A DNA stretch of 41,687 nt. It comes from Sarea resinae (Eukaryota). Below the pieces are notes generated by a model. The model was given only the letters and a program-made list of their open reading frames with translations. It made no database searches and was not told the DNA's origin. Every line of letters begins with the position of its first letter. Position 1 is the first letter of the stretch. The translations under genes and the position numbers were made by a program. The stretch covers positions 124,001 to 165,687 of the forward strand of contig JAPEUD010000056.1 in NCBI GenBank assembly GCA_026026165.1. The letters are read 5' to 3'. Shown piece by piece: positions 1 to 12,715 of this stretch.

Positions 1-1
1 G

Positions 2-253
2 CCTCGTTCCGGGGGTGTGGTCTTCACGATTCGCACTTATTTTCACCCCATCACCGAAATTTGTGAGGAGCCATATGTCCCGGGCCGTCTCGCGTCTGCA
101 GTGCGCAGCTGGGGCGATGACGTGGCGAAATATAAGGGCCGGGAGAGATACCAAGATGTCCTGTTAGAATATCTGGACCGAAAGCATGAAGAGCAGTTGG
201 CCAACGGCTTAGATATGGAGAAAGAGACGGAGGCGCATTCTTACCCATACTGA
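2..253 (+). CDS. 3' end of a DUF3445 / heme-dependent oxidative N-demethylase alpha-like protein (partial)
   Basis: Frame open from the window edge: PRSGGVVFTIRTYFHPI...PGRLASAVRSW...KYKG, recognised as the typical C-terminus of fungal DUF3445 proteins. Stop TGA at 251-253. Confidence 0.75.
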   Translation, partial: PRSGGVVFTIRTYFHPITEICEEPYVPGRLASAVRSWGDDVAKYKGRERYQDVLLEYLDRKHEEQLANGLDMEKETEAHSYPY

Positions 254-1067
254 ATACCGGCACTCGAACGTGTCAGATGGATATATATAGTCAGGTAGAC
301 GCATCAGTCGGCGAGCCTGAAATACAAGTGGTTTGAAGGTGGCACTAGGATTCAAAAGACCTAACAATCGACGAATTCATGTTTTCTTAAGGAGTGCATT
401 TGAGTATACAGAATGGCTTCATATTCCAAAGACAAGATAGCCCTGTAAGAGGAATAGATTTAAAACAATTCTGGTTCAAACCCGATCATGTGACACATAC
501 GCTGTCATTTTCTTTCCAACGAACCAATACGGGAAGCGATCCTCAGTGAGAACCTAAGGATGTCAACAAGATATTCTCTTGTGACGGCCAACCTGTCTGG
601 AGTGTCGTCCGCATTATGAGGTGTGGTGGCAGACGCGGAAGAGCTAGACGTTTTAATTGGTGAAATTGCAACCCCTTTACAGGATCGCGGAATATCGGAT
701 GCTAAATCTTGCAGGAGACGCGTATCCCCGATAGGCGAAATTGTCGCTCCATTGCAGCTGTCACCTTGGCACGTCTAGGCCTCCACGAATCCAGCAGCAA
801 CCGCAGACAGCTCTTGTCTTGTCTTGTCTCAGTCCTTGCTTTACGGTCACAGGTCCCAAAGCGGCAGTGGATGCTTCCACCCAACTATATGATCCGGCTT
901 TGAGCGGGTTTCCAGTTATTGAAGAGCCAAGGTGCCTTGTAAATGTCATTGGATCGTGAATGGTTGCGATTGACACACTCCACATCTCTCAAGCGTATTT
1001 CCGAAACCAGTCCGAGCGAAGTAGTCTTAGTAACACTCAGAGAGGTAGCTATGAGCATCCGGAATCG

Positions 1068-2704
1068 TCAAGTCTTCTTCCTTGAAGATCTCGCTCTGTG
1101 ATTTCGAGTAGCCTCTTCGATCTTCGCGACCCGCCAAGAGCATTCATCGGCAAATTCACAGATTCGACATTTGTAGGCCTCTTCGATCACGACGCCTCTT
1201 GCTTCCCTCTCTCCTTTCCACCATTTCATCTCATCCTCGAGGTACCTCTGCAGCAGATCATCATCGTATAGGAACGTTTTCGTGCCCAATATTGACCCAT
1301 TCGACTGATTTCTATATTCTGCTTCGAGGACCTTCCCTATGCTGTTGGTTCCTGCGGGCATAGTGTTTTGAAATTCTTTAATCATCAGATCCCACAGCTG
1401 CGCCAAAGAATTGTTGGCCAAAAGCACGTCCATTGGATCTCCACTCGGATCGTTTGTATGAGAGGCTGTTTCAATTGTTGTATCATTGCATGCTCCATTT
1501 AGACTACCTACTTGGGCAATGAAAGCATCAGAAAATTTCTCGGAAGCGTTGAGCTGATAGCGATGCCAAAGAGTGTTTGCATCGACTCTGTTTGTAGCTA
1601 GGTTCGATAGCAGTCGGTGGTAGAGCATGAGCTGCAGCATGGTTGGTCGGAAGGATGCTTTTGCAGGCAAGGTTTTTGTTCCCCGAGTTTTCACGTCTGT
1701 CAAATATATCTTAGATCTGGTTTGCGAGCGAGTCTGGGTGGTTTCTGAGGTGAGATGTTCTGCATCCATGGCTCGGTGCGAGGTTAAAAAGTTGATCATA
1801 GTGGCCTGATTCGGATCGGTAATAGGAGTATCGCAGTCATTAGGCGCACTCTTGATGTATGGCTCTACTTCCTTCTCCAATGGTTGATCTGGACACTGAT
1901 ATGACAGCTCGTCGATTATCCCATTGACCACCATTCCATCTACAGTACCCCAGATTTCCAGTTCCCTAGTCATGCCAGTTTGTCTCAAGGTCCTGAGGCC
2001 TTGGATAACGTTCCAGATTCGTAGGCCCCATGCGTCTTCTTTGGTTTGTACATCGATTGCAACAGTCTCATGAACCTGGTCTTCAAGGACCTTGTGGACG
2101 GCAGAACCTTGCCTCATAGCCGGAGTCCGCCGCTTTCGGCCGTGTTTAGTGAGTGTATACCAGTACTGTAATTCACACCAGGAAGGCGAAACAATGTCTG
2201 TTACGGAAAATGCTTTCTTAGGAGCAGTCCGAAAGCGCTCCAGAGGGGAAAGAGATCGAGCATCAGCGGCTTCTTGCCTGGCGCCCGACACTTCAGCGGC
2301 CGAGAAGATGTCATCAGGGCCGCCTTCTCGACGAACTAAACGCTGGCCGTCAGTCAGCGTGGCTTCAAGTGGGATGGCAATGGGGCTGTACCGTCCGTCG
2401 CGTTACCGTGCCCTGCCATCTCGACTGATGACAGGGGACCTTGAACTTGGACCAAGTGAGGGTCCTTGCTGTGAGCGCCATCTCTTCGTTCTTTACCAAG
2501 TACTCTAGGTACCTGGGCAAGCATCGGTTCTTCATCGTCTTCTATATCACCTAGCACAAACGATTGTTCCTCCGGATCAAGCTCCGGAGGCAAATGCGAC
2601 AACAGATCGTTCAAAGCCGTCTCTTCGTCAGGTGTGAAATCGGAACCGTAATCACTGCTCGCATCACGGCCAGCTATACATAGCGACGAGGACGGGGCAG
2701 CCAT
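1068..2704 (-). CDS. EXO5: Exonuclease V (Exo5/Dem1 family), 2 exons: 2704-2392 and 2335-1068
   Basis: SVTDIVSPSWCELQYWY, GSAVHKVLE, RELEIWG...NGIIDEL, TDVKTR, QLMLYH and C-terminal KCRICEFADECSWR (Fe-S Cys). Intron 2391-2336 (GTACAG...GCTGAC...TAG) joins the SDYGSDF N-terminal exon in frame. Confidence 0.9.
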
Positions 2705-3669
2705 ATCGGTGAAACAATGAAAGTGGCAGAGCTATCTCGGCTTGGATGGGCGTAAAGACGGAAGGCATCGCGTGCCGCTAACGAGGGATATACTTACCTT
2801 CCAATTCCATTGTTAGCGTCATTACTCGGTCTGGACTTTGGTGAATTGAAAAGTAGCGCGAGGTCACTAAATCGCGAAATCCCGTGCCTTGACAATTATC
2901 TGTGTTTGCAAAATTCTTGACGCCTCTCTTGCCGAAAACCCTCAAAGAGTTGACGGTTTTGATTGAAAGTTTTTATTATCACTAAAATATGTGCTTTCAG
3001 TCCCTTTTTGAAAATATCTCACTAAATATAGCGTTTCCAATATGATATCTTACAGGATTGCTATATATACTTACTTCTACCAGTATAATAACTTCTAACT
3101 GAATTATATATATTCATATTTGTAGGAGTGCTGCGCTATATAGTAGACAAATAGGCATAGCCCGGACGAGCCGGGTTACAGGAGTCTTTTTGGCGCACGT
3201 AGGAACAAGATTGCCTATTTACTGGACCTTACAATATTGTTCGTGGTTTCCAGCAAGCCGGATCGGCCAAGAATGTTTCTACCACAGCTATATAATAACG
3301 GTGAATCTACTTGAATCTAGAATTATTTCCCCGGCCCTGCGCTGTCATCGATCCTAAAATTCACCCCAGGTACGGAAGGCCTTTTACGGATAGGTGCCTT
3401 GTGATATGCCACTGCCTGTGAAATAGTAGCATCCATCTGTACCTGGGTCTTGAAGGCTGCCTCGTTTCTTCCAGGACCTGCTCGTTACCCTATTTGCTTC
3501 CTGCTACGACGAAGGCCGATATTGTCGCGCAGACCAAATGTTCAGTTCATACCAGGTTTCATCGTTAGTGTGCAATTAGAATCCTTCCTTGGGAATATCT
3601 GCGAAAAGACATTATGCTGGGCAGTACCCCACTTTAGGCGTTTCAGAACAAGATCTTTCTGCCAGCTCT

Positions 3670-4565
3670 TCAGGATGAGTCATGGTCTTCTCCGCCGTCT
3701 CTTCTGTTATAGCCTTCTGATTCAAAAATGACAGATACGTCTGCCAGCCGACAGCGACTAAACCTGCCGAGACGTTAGCACCCTATCCAAGTACCAAAAA
3801 CGTGGTATTTACCTACCAGCAAAGACGTTTCGAAACTGAGGTTGTACGAAAGTAAAGTTAAAGGCCGTCACCGCTGGCCACAGTTTGCAAGAATTGACGA
3901 AACTTATTGGGACGGTTCGCCTGATATGTTGCCACGTTTCCGACAGATTGTCCCCTGTGAGCAAGGCCTGAGCCCCGAAAAAGTAGCTATTGAAGATGGG
4001 TGTAAAAACGATCTGGTTAACTGTGACCTTGATGCTCAAAGAAAGGACTTTTGACGAGTAATTGAAAGAGTTTCCAAGGAACATGAACCTGCCACGGTGT
4101 TACTTCGTCGTTTTGAGGGGTAATTCGCAGCTGGCAGGCAGCGTACCATCTGTAGCTTGGTATGGAACAGCAACCGCCAATGATAATTGCACGCAAGGTC
4201 CTCTGCGGGCTATACTCGTCTCCCCCCATTGTCTGGGCGGAGAGGTCGCCACATGTGTAAATGACCAGTGAAGTACAGAGCTGTGTTATATGTGGTCGTT
4301 TTCGCTGGGCTCGAGCATAGGCACGGAACAGCTGTGTAAGCGGTCCTAGTCGCTGCCATAGAGGTAATCGGGCTACGCCGTTGGGACTGGGAACTGTTTT
4401 CTGTCCTCCAGATACTTCCGGTCTGGTAAGATTGGAGGCTTTGGCTGACGAACGATCGGGCCCGGTACTTTCGTGTCTCTTTCCAATAGAATTTCGAGAG
4501 TTCTGCGTTCTTTGAAACGACCTTCTGACGGCGGCACGGCCAGAACAAGCCGCAACACAGCTCAT
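3670..4565 (-). CDS. Mpv17/PMP22 family membrane protein, 3 exons: 4565-4147, 4088-3817, 3763-3670
   Basis: GDLSAQ, RTLRA, KVTVNQIVFTP, KLWPAVTAFNFTFV, GWQTYLSFLN motifs. Two GT-AG introns keep the frame. The start ATG is inferred (N-terminus looks like a mitochondrial presequence). Confidence 0.85.
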
Positions 4566-5110
4566 CGCGGTGTCACGAAGAATGACTAGAGGGTACTGAG
4601 GTTGAGGGGAGGCAACGTGCAGCTCGTCCTCACCTTTCATCAAGGTAGGGTAGTCGGCAAGCCGCGTACTGTATAGAAATCCTTGCAAGGTGTCGGGACC
4701 GATAATAGGCAACCTAAAACGGTGCGAGCACAACTTTACCCGCCCGCAACTCTAGCAGTATCTTGAAACCATCCTAGCTCTTTGTTTCTTTACTACAGCC
4801 TCACACATTCACGAAAGCATACATGTTTCACTTAGGAGCTCATTATATAGTTTGTAAGACTGGAAGATTGTTCTCAGTCGATTTCAGTGAGCGCCATCAC
4901 CAATTAATACACAAGAGAATCGCGACCATCCCAAAGCAAACCCATAATAAGCACCGTACCATTTCCCTGATTGAAGAAAGTCATGAAACCCATCCCGACA
5001 ACTTTCCCGCACATGTCGAGCCGCCAAGCCCCAGTACATTCAAGCCATGATCGCTCATGTGATAGGAAGGAGACGTGGAAAGATCGAGCGCGGATGCCAC
5101 GTCAAATTCT

Positions 5111-5722
5111 TTAAGAACGCTCTCCACGAAGACGACGGGCAAGCTGGATATCCTTGGATTCTGTTTGAAATTATCAGTCGAGTACGCGAACTACGCGATG
5201 TAGATGACTTACGGATAGTCACACGCTTGGCATGGATGGCGCAAAGGTTGGTATCCTCAAAGAGAGAAACGAGGTAAGCCTCGACTGACTCTTGAAGAGC
5301 ACCGATGGCAGAGGATTGGAAACGGAGGTCCGACTTGAAGTCTTGTGCGATTTCGCGGACCAGACGCTGAAATGGAAGCTTTCGGATCAGGAGCTCGGTC
5401 GACTTCTGGTAGCGACGGATCTCACGGAGAGCGACGGTACCTTGATTCCATATTAGCACGCGAAGTTTCGCATTTGGTCAGATAGATAACATACCAGGCT
5501 TATAACGATGGGGCTTCTTGACACCTCCGACGGACGGAGCAGACTTGCGAGCGGCCTTAGAGGCGAGCTGCTTACGTGGGGCCTTGCCACCAGTTGATTT
5601 ACCTAGTCAATGTTAATAATTTGTATGTTTTCCATGTGAGAATTGAGCGATCGCAATGCGACCGACAATGATCCACGATAGAGATGTCAATACTTACGGG
5701 CAGTCTGCTTGGTACGTGCCAT
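5111..5722 (-). CDS. HHT1: Histone H3, 4 exons: 5722-5698, 5602-5495, 5440-5213, 5160-5111
   Basis: Spliced translation [74 protein letters not shown]...[17 protein letters not shown]. Three GT-AG introns. Confidence 0.98.
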
Positions 5723-6958
5723 GTTGAAAGATGACTACCGCGAAAGATGATTTGATGAAATGGATGGAGTCGTGATGATGTTGATGGGTGAAGATGGTGG
5801 CGTGGAGTAGATGTAAGAAGAAGAAGCGAGGAGGTGGGTGGCAGAGGTTTAAGTAGAAATTCGGTTGGGCGAGTGATCTGGGCGGGCGCAGCTTCCTGTG
5901 CACGTTGCGTGTTTCGCTTCTTCGATAGACTTTAGCGCGGTTTTATTGTGTCGAAAAAGCGTCTGGAAAGCAGCTCACATTGTCGATGTTTCCTGCCAAG
6001 CGAATCCGTGTGAGAAATGCTCTTGAAAGCGAAATGGAACCAATCAGGCGACGTTCCACAACAAGCGAGCATATGAGTGAGCTGGAGGTTCTCTCAGTAG
6101 TACGCAGTGCGGCAGTAGTCTTCCCCCACCAAAGGCAGCTACAAGTACTCCGGAGTTAGTACGCAAGATTCGTCTAGAGTACCTAGGTACCTTAGAGTAC
6201 TGTACTCCGAGTACTGTGCTACGACTGTCACTAACAAGCGGCGGGATACCCGGCAAATACCTTGCTCTGGACAACGATATATCCCCGACAAGTACCGGCT
6301 TCTCTTTATTTGCCTGTCCTCTTACCGCTGTCCGGTCAAGTACAAGGTAGTCCTAGCAACGGGATGTGAATAGAGATGACTCATAGCCTTGGAAGTTATT
6401 GGTTTCGATCTTCTATATCGCAGCCTTACCAATCGATATTCTGATACAATGCGACTGCAGCCGTTAGTCACTTCTCCGATGCGCACTGAGATTCGTAGGT
6501 TTCTGGTAACGTAGGCAGATACGGCGGGAAGGTACCAATCTAGTGCTGAATCATGCCCGCTCATTGCGGCCTGGGTACGGTAAGATGGATGCTAAGATGG
6601 GTACCTTACTCCGGAGTACTGGCTGATTCAGATGACCGGTACGTATTCGTGGAACCTTATCATCGCGCGAAATCTCGCGTCACTGATTGGTGTTACGCCA
6701 GGGTTAGGTGAGTGATCCTCCTTCATGGAACAATGTGACCTCGAAAGAGTTACCGCCATCGCCTGTTTTGGGCTTAGCTTGAATCTGGTGAGTGATCCTG
6801 AATGACTCCTTGCCGAACCTCAAATACTTGTTCGGCACCCCACACGTCTTTCCCTCAAAATAACACGTCCATCGCGAAAGAGTCAGATTTCCAGATATCC
6901 ACCTGAAGACTATCGCATCAAGAAAATTCTTTAAGACTCTCCATCTTACTCTACCAAC
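5723..6958. promoter_or_regulatory. Shared divergent H3-H4 promoter region
   Basis: Head-to-head H3/H4. Contains CGCGAAA (SCB/MCB-like) at ~6666 and ~6873, ATTGG (CCAAT box) at 6686-6690, an AACCCT-box-like element at 6700-6716, and a 13-bp direct repeat GGTGAGTGATCCT at 6707 and 6787. Confidence 0.7.
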
Positions 6959-7444
<486 letters not shown>

Positions 7445-10400
7445 ATACCTCTCGGGTTTTCGGGTCTTCGTTTTGTCTTTTTACGCCGTATTACACTCTG
7501 ATCGTCAGTGGCTTGGTCGGGCTTTCATTGTTGTTGCGTTGGGAGGGTTTGTCTGGATGGTCTTATAACGGTTTTGCATGATGGGGTTCTCTGCTTGTAC
7601 CATAGGGTTTCGGGCGTCAGACGTGATAGGGAATGATTGCAAATGACTTTTGACATTATTTTATTTGATGCATTTCGGGTGATTTGGTGACCATCGTGGA
7701 TAGTGTGCTTTGGGACTTTGGCCTTGTTTTATATTGATCTATTGGATATTATCAGAAGCAAGGGCTACTCGCAGTATCTGGTAGGTGGTCGTCTCAATAT
7801 TACCTATTTAAAGCATGCTCTATAGCAACCGTCATGGTACGCTGGGCGCGGAAAGCCTCATCTAAAGTATATTGAACCGACAGCAGACGGATAATATGAG
7901 AACTTGATTGATCCTCCTGATAGGCATAGAACTCGAACAGTACTCGCAATTTTCATCTGAAAAGCTTCATAGGTAAATAATGATCGCTCGACGGTTTTAT
8001 CTACGTCTCATTCAAGTATTGCTGATTGCAAGGTATTACTCAGGAAATGCTTCTTTTCAGGTGTTTGCGTAGTATTAGAATAACTGTAGTAGATTTATAT
8101 CAATATACTTCTTATTGCTAGCTTTCTAAGGTGTTGATAATTAATATCAAGAGAGCGGTATATTTCTAAATATATTTTCAAAATAAAAATTAAGTAATGT
8201 TATACTGAAATTAATATATAGCTTTCACCATAGAATGCAACTCGAATACCAGGATAATCTCTTCTAGGTAGGTGATTTTTGATAGATATTCTATTTCTTT
8301 AGAGGGGCATACCTTAATCACCTTACCTACCTTAGGTACTCTACAGTATATACTTCGCTTCGTAGATTCACGTCAACTCGGCTAAGCTCCGCGGAGCAAC
8401 GTACTGTCCTATTTGGAGCGCGCGGAACTGCATGATAATAACAATCAACCAACTAGAACCACCGTAATGTGCATGCTCCATAGCCGATTGGCCATATGTT
8501 ACATCCCCCAATCGCTTTCCGCAGTTTATCTAGTCACAGATTAATTACAATCACCAAAGAAGTGGCATGGGTTCTTCATGGCGGATTTGAGCCAGTCAAT
8601 GGCGACCCGGCTTGATCGCACGTCAGCGGGTGGCTTTCCGTTGGCTCTAAACGGCATAGACTCAGCAGGTCCACTACTCTACTCAGTCCCTGCTCGAAAA
8701 TGGATGGTGGAAAATATTAGCTCCTCCATCCCAACGAATCCTGTCTTTCATATGGGAGTATCCTTAGGAATCTTGCTGGGCTTGCGTGCATGGCGCCTGC
8801 ATGGCGTTGGGACCCTTGGCGCCTCGCGCAATCCATTTCGCTTTGGTCCGCATAGGGCGGTGGTAAGGAGATCCGTGGATAGGTGCACGGTCAGGGCAGT
8901 GATTTGTTGTCAGCGGACAGTAGACCTGATTGGGTGCCAAATGTGTGTCACCTTGTAGCGAAGTCGAAAATTTCATTTTTGCATAGCCTTCGAATCTGAT
9001 AGCCTTCCATCAAAGTTCTGACGCACCGGAAAGATCTCAATCAGAAGGTATCGGATCCGGGGTAACTGAGCTGGCGAGTTGACGAGTCCACCTACCACCC
9101 ACCTATCACTGTGTCTCGGCGTGGACCGAGATGGACACTACCACACGGCTTTGCGGCTTCCGACATGCAGCAAATTCTAGACTTTTCTCACAACATAGTA
9201 CGATACTACCTCACCTTAGCAATCTATCAATAGCCAGAAGACAACAGCAGATTGCACGTTCCGGTGCAAAACCCGACTGTTGGGCTAAGGCACGCAGGTG
9301 TCCCTCGCAGCTCCCTCATCGCTCTCATAGCCGCGTGAATCTGCGTTTGATGCTTGGGGTTGGTAGGTAGCAAAGCCTGCAGGAACGGAAGATGCCATCA
9401 TCCGACGAGTCTCAGATCAGAAGCACACGGGGATCCCGTGTTGAAGGTGCTGACACGGAAGACCAAATTGCTCTTCGGCACCAAATCCCTTCCCTGGACG
9501 GATATCATCCACGTCGCAGCAGGAAGGTTGGAGATGAGCTCCCGTTCCTATGGCTCAGCGTCAATCGGTACAAGTGAAAGAGTGGCTTTACAAATGCACA
9601 GAACTGGCCAGAACATGACCATTCGAGACGAGGCGCCCTGCGTACCTTACATGGATAGGTTCTAACATTCAGTTCCAATCACTCCAATTTCTCCATTTCC
9701 CTCGGGTACAGACCAGGAGCCCTGGAGCGAAGGATTCGACACGTTCCCACTACCTACTTGACACCTGGTAGCACGAGCCAATCAGTCATTTCGATGCTGA
9801 AACGGGCTGAGGCCACTCTCGATGGTACGTCACGGAGTACATGTACGGTATTTCGGAGTACGGGCGTCCATGCTGCGTACTCGTAAGTGCCACAGCCGCG
9901 AAGGGGAAAGACCGGCACAGCCACCACAGCCACGCCTTTACTTGTTCTAGAAGAGGCGACCGGCATTCATCGGCCGCCGATGTAGATGTTAGCGCCATCA
10001 GGATGACGTCGAGGGCATGGGTATCGACCCTCCATAAACCCCGACACCCTTCCTTCCGTCATTGAATTGATATTCATTGCTCTTCATTCGATTGAGAACG
10101 GTCATCGACTGGGAAAGCTAAATCTCGACATCTTCCCACCCATTTTGAAAATCAAGTCCAGTCTACCTCACTTCTCCATTATTAATCCCCCATCCTCTCC
10201 AAAATACACCCACCAAAGGCATTGCCCCATACATTTCGATCGATTCATCCTCGGCTGCACTATCCCTCGACTTCTACGTCCTTCCACTGCTCCTCAGTCA
10301 TACATTCTCCGCCCTTTCTTCGTCTGGCTGGACCACACATCCACACTCTAGCAGCTCGGCTCGGATCTACTTCCGATCTCTGACTGTGTTGCTACTAGAG

Positions 10401-10465
10401 TATTTCACCAGACATTTCGCCACCCACCCACCGGCCCCTCTACATCTCCGCATCGGATCGCAGAA

Positions 10466-12715
10466 ATGCTAGCTCATTATCCTCGACGTCAACAACCTCC
10501 ATCATTCGCACATCATCTACAGTATACTGATCTACCTTCACCATCGTCCTCCACCTCACCTCTCTATTACACAACTGCGTACTCTTCCAGTCCACCATCG
10601 CCTTCAGAACACGCTCGAGAACCTCTCAGAAGCGATTATCTCAAATTGAACTTCTCGTCCGAGGCAACTCAATCTTGCGCGTCTGATAGCACAGAACAAT
10701 ATCGATTCATATCCACGCCTTTTCAACCTCCGATCAGGGTCCAAAAATCGACACCTGCGACGTTTGCTGTCTCACAAGCACAGTGCTCGATGCTGTCAGA
10801 AAACGGGTTACCTCACAGCGATTGGGATTCTTACGATAGTGGATCTGGTGGCTTCAATTCGGTCTGTTTTCAACAAAAGCCGGCTGGTCAGGCGAGAGAG
10901 AAATCACATCAAAGAGCATTGTCGGGCTCCTCGATAGCGTCGACGGGTCCGGCATCCCCATATGACCAAGCAACGTCCCATCCGCAGATTGCGAACCCCG
11001 AAGCGTCACCACTTTCATCCTCGGGCTTTGACTCATCGTATGACGCTGACCAAGCGCAGCCAATAAGCTACGTCAAGCCGTTGCCGACGCCTTCACATAC
11101 CCCGTCTCAAGATTCATTTTTGGCTCCCGCTTTTCAAAATTACAATCCGTCTACCCAGGATTCCGAATCGAACATGGCAGCTCAGATGGCGATGAAACGG
11201 GCACTTCTAGATCATCACGGTTCGCCCGCTGCTGACACTCCTGGCTTCTCATATTCGGCTGCACGTTCAGACACGACTGCGGGTCACGACTCACCCGCGA
11301 CGCCCAAGACATCTTATGACGAAGGGGAAGACGGATTCAAGGTACCACCGAATGGTGAGGAGAGATCTATGGATGCTGAGCAATGGATGGGCGAGTACTT
11401 ACAATTTGATGACCTTTCAGATCGCCATCATGGACCGAAATTCGCCAGAACTATATCGGATATCTATCAGGATGAACTTTTCAACCCAGCTTCTGTAATG
11501 CCTGTACCTGCATCATCCAAAGCTGGGAACACCACATCATTGTTGTCGCCGTATCGCGGTATCGTTTCCGAACGAATCCAGGCCGCAAACAGCAGACATA
11601 TAAACGCGAGGTCTCAATCTCCAACGGCTACCGTGTCTCGTGACACATCACCTTTCCGACCAGAGTCGCCATATGCCCCGTCTGTCGCGGGCCTCGGTGT
11701 TCAAAGATCTCCTCGGACAGCTTTGGGTTCAGCAACTCATATGCGGCAACAGCAGAAAGCCGAGGCGGATGCACTGGCTTTCAAGCAACATCAGCGCTCC
11801 TCGGTGGATCCCGATACTCCAAAAACCATATCGCCAAAAGACGCTTTGCTAGACTATCACGAGACCGAAGAAGATGCTAACATGCCTTTGTTCTTGCCGA
11901 ATGATCGTTTCAGCGTCAATGGAAGCCAAGAAAACAGCTTCAATGATTCCGATCATGACCGAGCTCATGTCGACGACGGTTTCACTGAACATGGCTTCGG
12001 CAGCCTTTCCACGAGTAGAAGGCCGAGCTCATCAAGTTACTCTTCCCGGTCAGCACCAGCGCAAAATGGCTCTGGCTTTACTTTCGTACCTCCTTCCGTA
12101 CCTGGTAGTGTCCAGATGCCACAGCAATATCCATTCCTATCACAGCAACGGCGGCAAGAAAGCAGTACCCGCAGCCGCGGCAGCCATGGCCACAGCCACT
12201 TCGAGCAAAATCCCGAATTCCCCGCCCATCTTACATCGATGGAATCGAGTGCCAGCGATGCTGGTTTGGAAATACCAAGCGAGAACAAAAAACCTCCTGG
12301 TGCTATGGCCGAGGGTGGCACGTACACTTGCACTTACCATGGATGTACTCTTCGTTTCGAGTCGCCAGCAAAATTGCAAAGGCACAAAAGAGAAGGGCAC
12401 CGCCAATCAACACCCCAGATCAGTAACAGCGGCATGACCTCAGCGGCGCTCATGCGGAACAGCCAAGCGGGCCCTCACAAGTGCGAGCGCATCAACCCAT
12501 CTACGGGAAAGCCCTGCAATACAATTTTCTCACGACCTTATGACTTGACAAGACACGAAGATACCATCCACAACGCACGCAAGCAAAAGGTTCGATGCCA
12601 TCTTTGTACCGAAGAAAAGACTTTCTCGCGCAACGATGCGTTGACTCGGCACATGCGGGTGGTGCATCCTGAAGTCGATTTCCCAGGCAAGTCCCGTCGA
12701 AAGCACCAAGATTAG
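10466..12715 (+). CDS. RPN4: Rpn4-like C2H2 zinc-finger transcription factor (possible optional intron 11355-11420)
   Basis: 749-aa ORF with a long S/P-rich region and three C-terminal C2H2 fingers. FSRPYDLTRHEDTIH and KTFSRNDALTRH closely resemble the yeast Rpn4 fingers as recalled. Orthology is an inference. Confidence 0.8.
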   Translation: MLAHYPRRQQPPSFAHHLQYTDLPSPSSSTSPLYYTTAYSSSPPSPSEHAREPLRSDYLKLNFSSEATQSCASDSTEQYRFISTPFQPPIRVQKSTPATFAVSQAQCSMLSENGLPHSDWDSYDSGSGGFNSVCFQQKPAGQAREKSHQRALSGSSIASTGPASPYDQATSHPQIANPEASPLSSSGFDSSYDADQAQPISYVKPLPTPSHTPSQDSFLAPAFQNYNPSTQDSESNMAAQMAMKRALLDHHGSPAADTPGFSYSAARSDTTAGHDSPATPKTSYDEGEDGFKVPPNGEERSMDAEQWMGEYLQFDDLSDRHHGPKFARTISDIYQDELFNPASVMPVPASSKAGNTTSLLSPYRGIVSERIQAANSRHINARSQSPTATVSRDTSPFRPESPYAPSVAGLGVQRSPRTALGSATHMRQQQKAEADALAFKQHQRSSVDPDTPKTISPKDALLDYHETEEDANMPLFLPNDRFSVNGSQENSFNDSDHDRAHVDDGFTEHGFGSLSTSRRPSSSSYSSRSAPAQNGSGFTFVPPSVPGSVQMPQQYPFLSQQRRQESSTRSRGSHGHSHFEQNPEFPAHLTSMESSASDAGLEIPSENKKPPGAMAEGGTYTCTYHGCTLRFESPAKLQRHKREGHRQSTPQISNSGMTSAALMRNSQAGPHKCERINPSTGKPCNTIFSRPYDLTRHEDTIHNARKQKVRCHLCTEEKTFSRNDALTRHMRVVHPEVDFPGKSRRKHQD

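Noticed and set aside
8578..10351. Several 60-126 aa ORFs upstream of the Rpn4-like gene
   Set aside because: No recognisable domains, overlapping on both strands; consistent with a long promoter and leader.
10415..10424. PACE-like GGTGGCGAAA (minus strand) just upstream of the Rpn4-like ATG, suggesting autoregulation
   Set aside because: Single short match, probably inside the 5' UTR, and Rpn4 specificity in filamentous fungi may differ from yeast.
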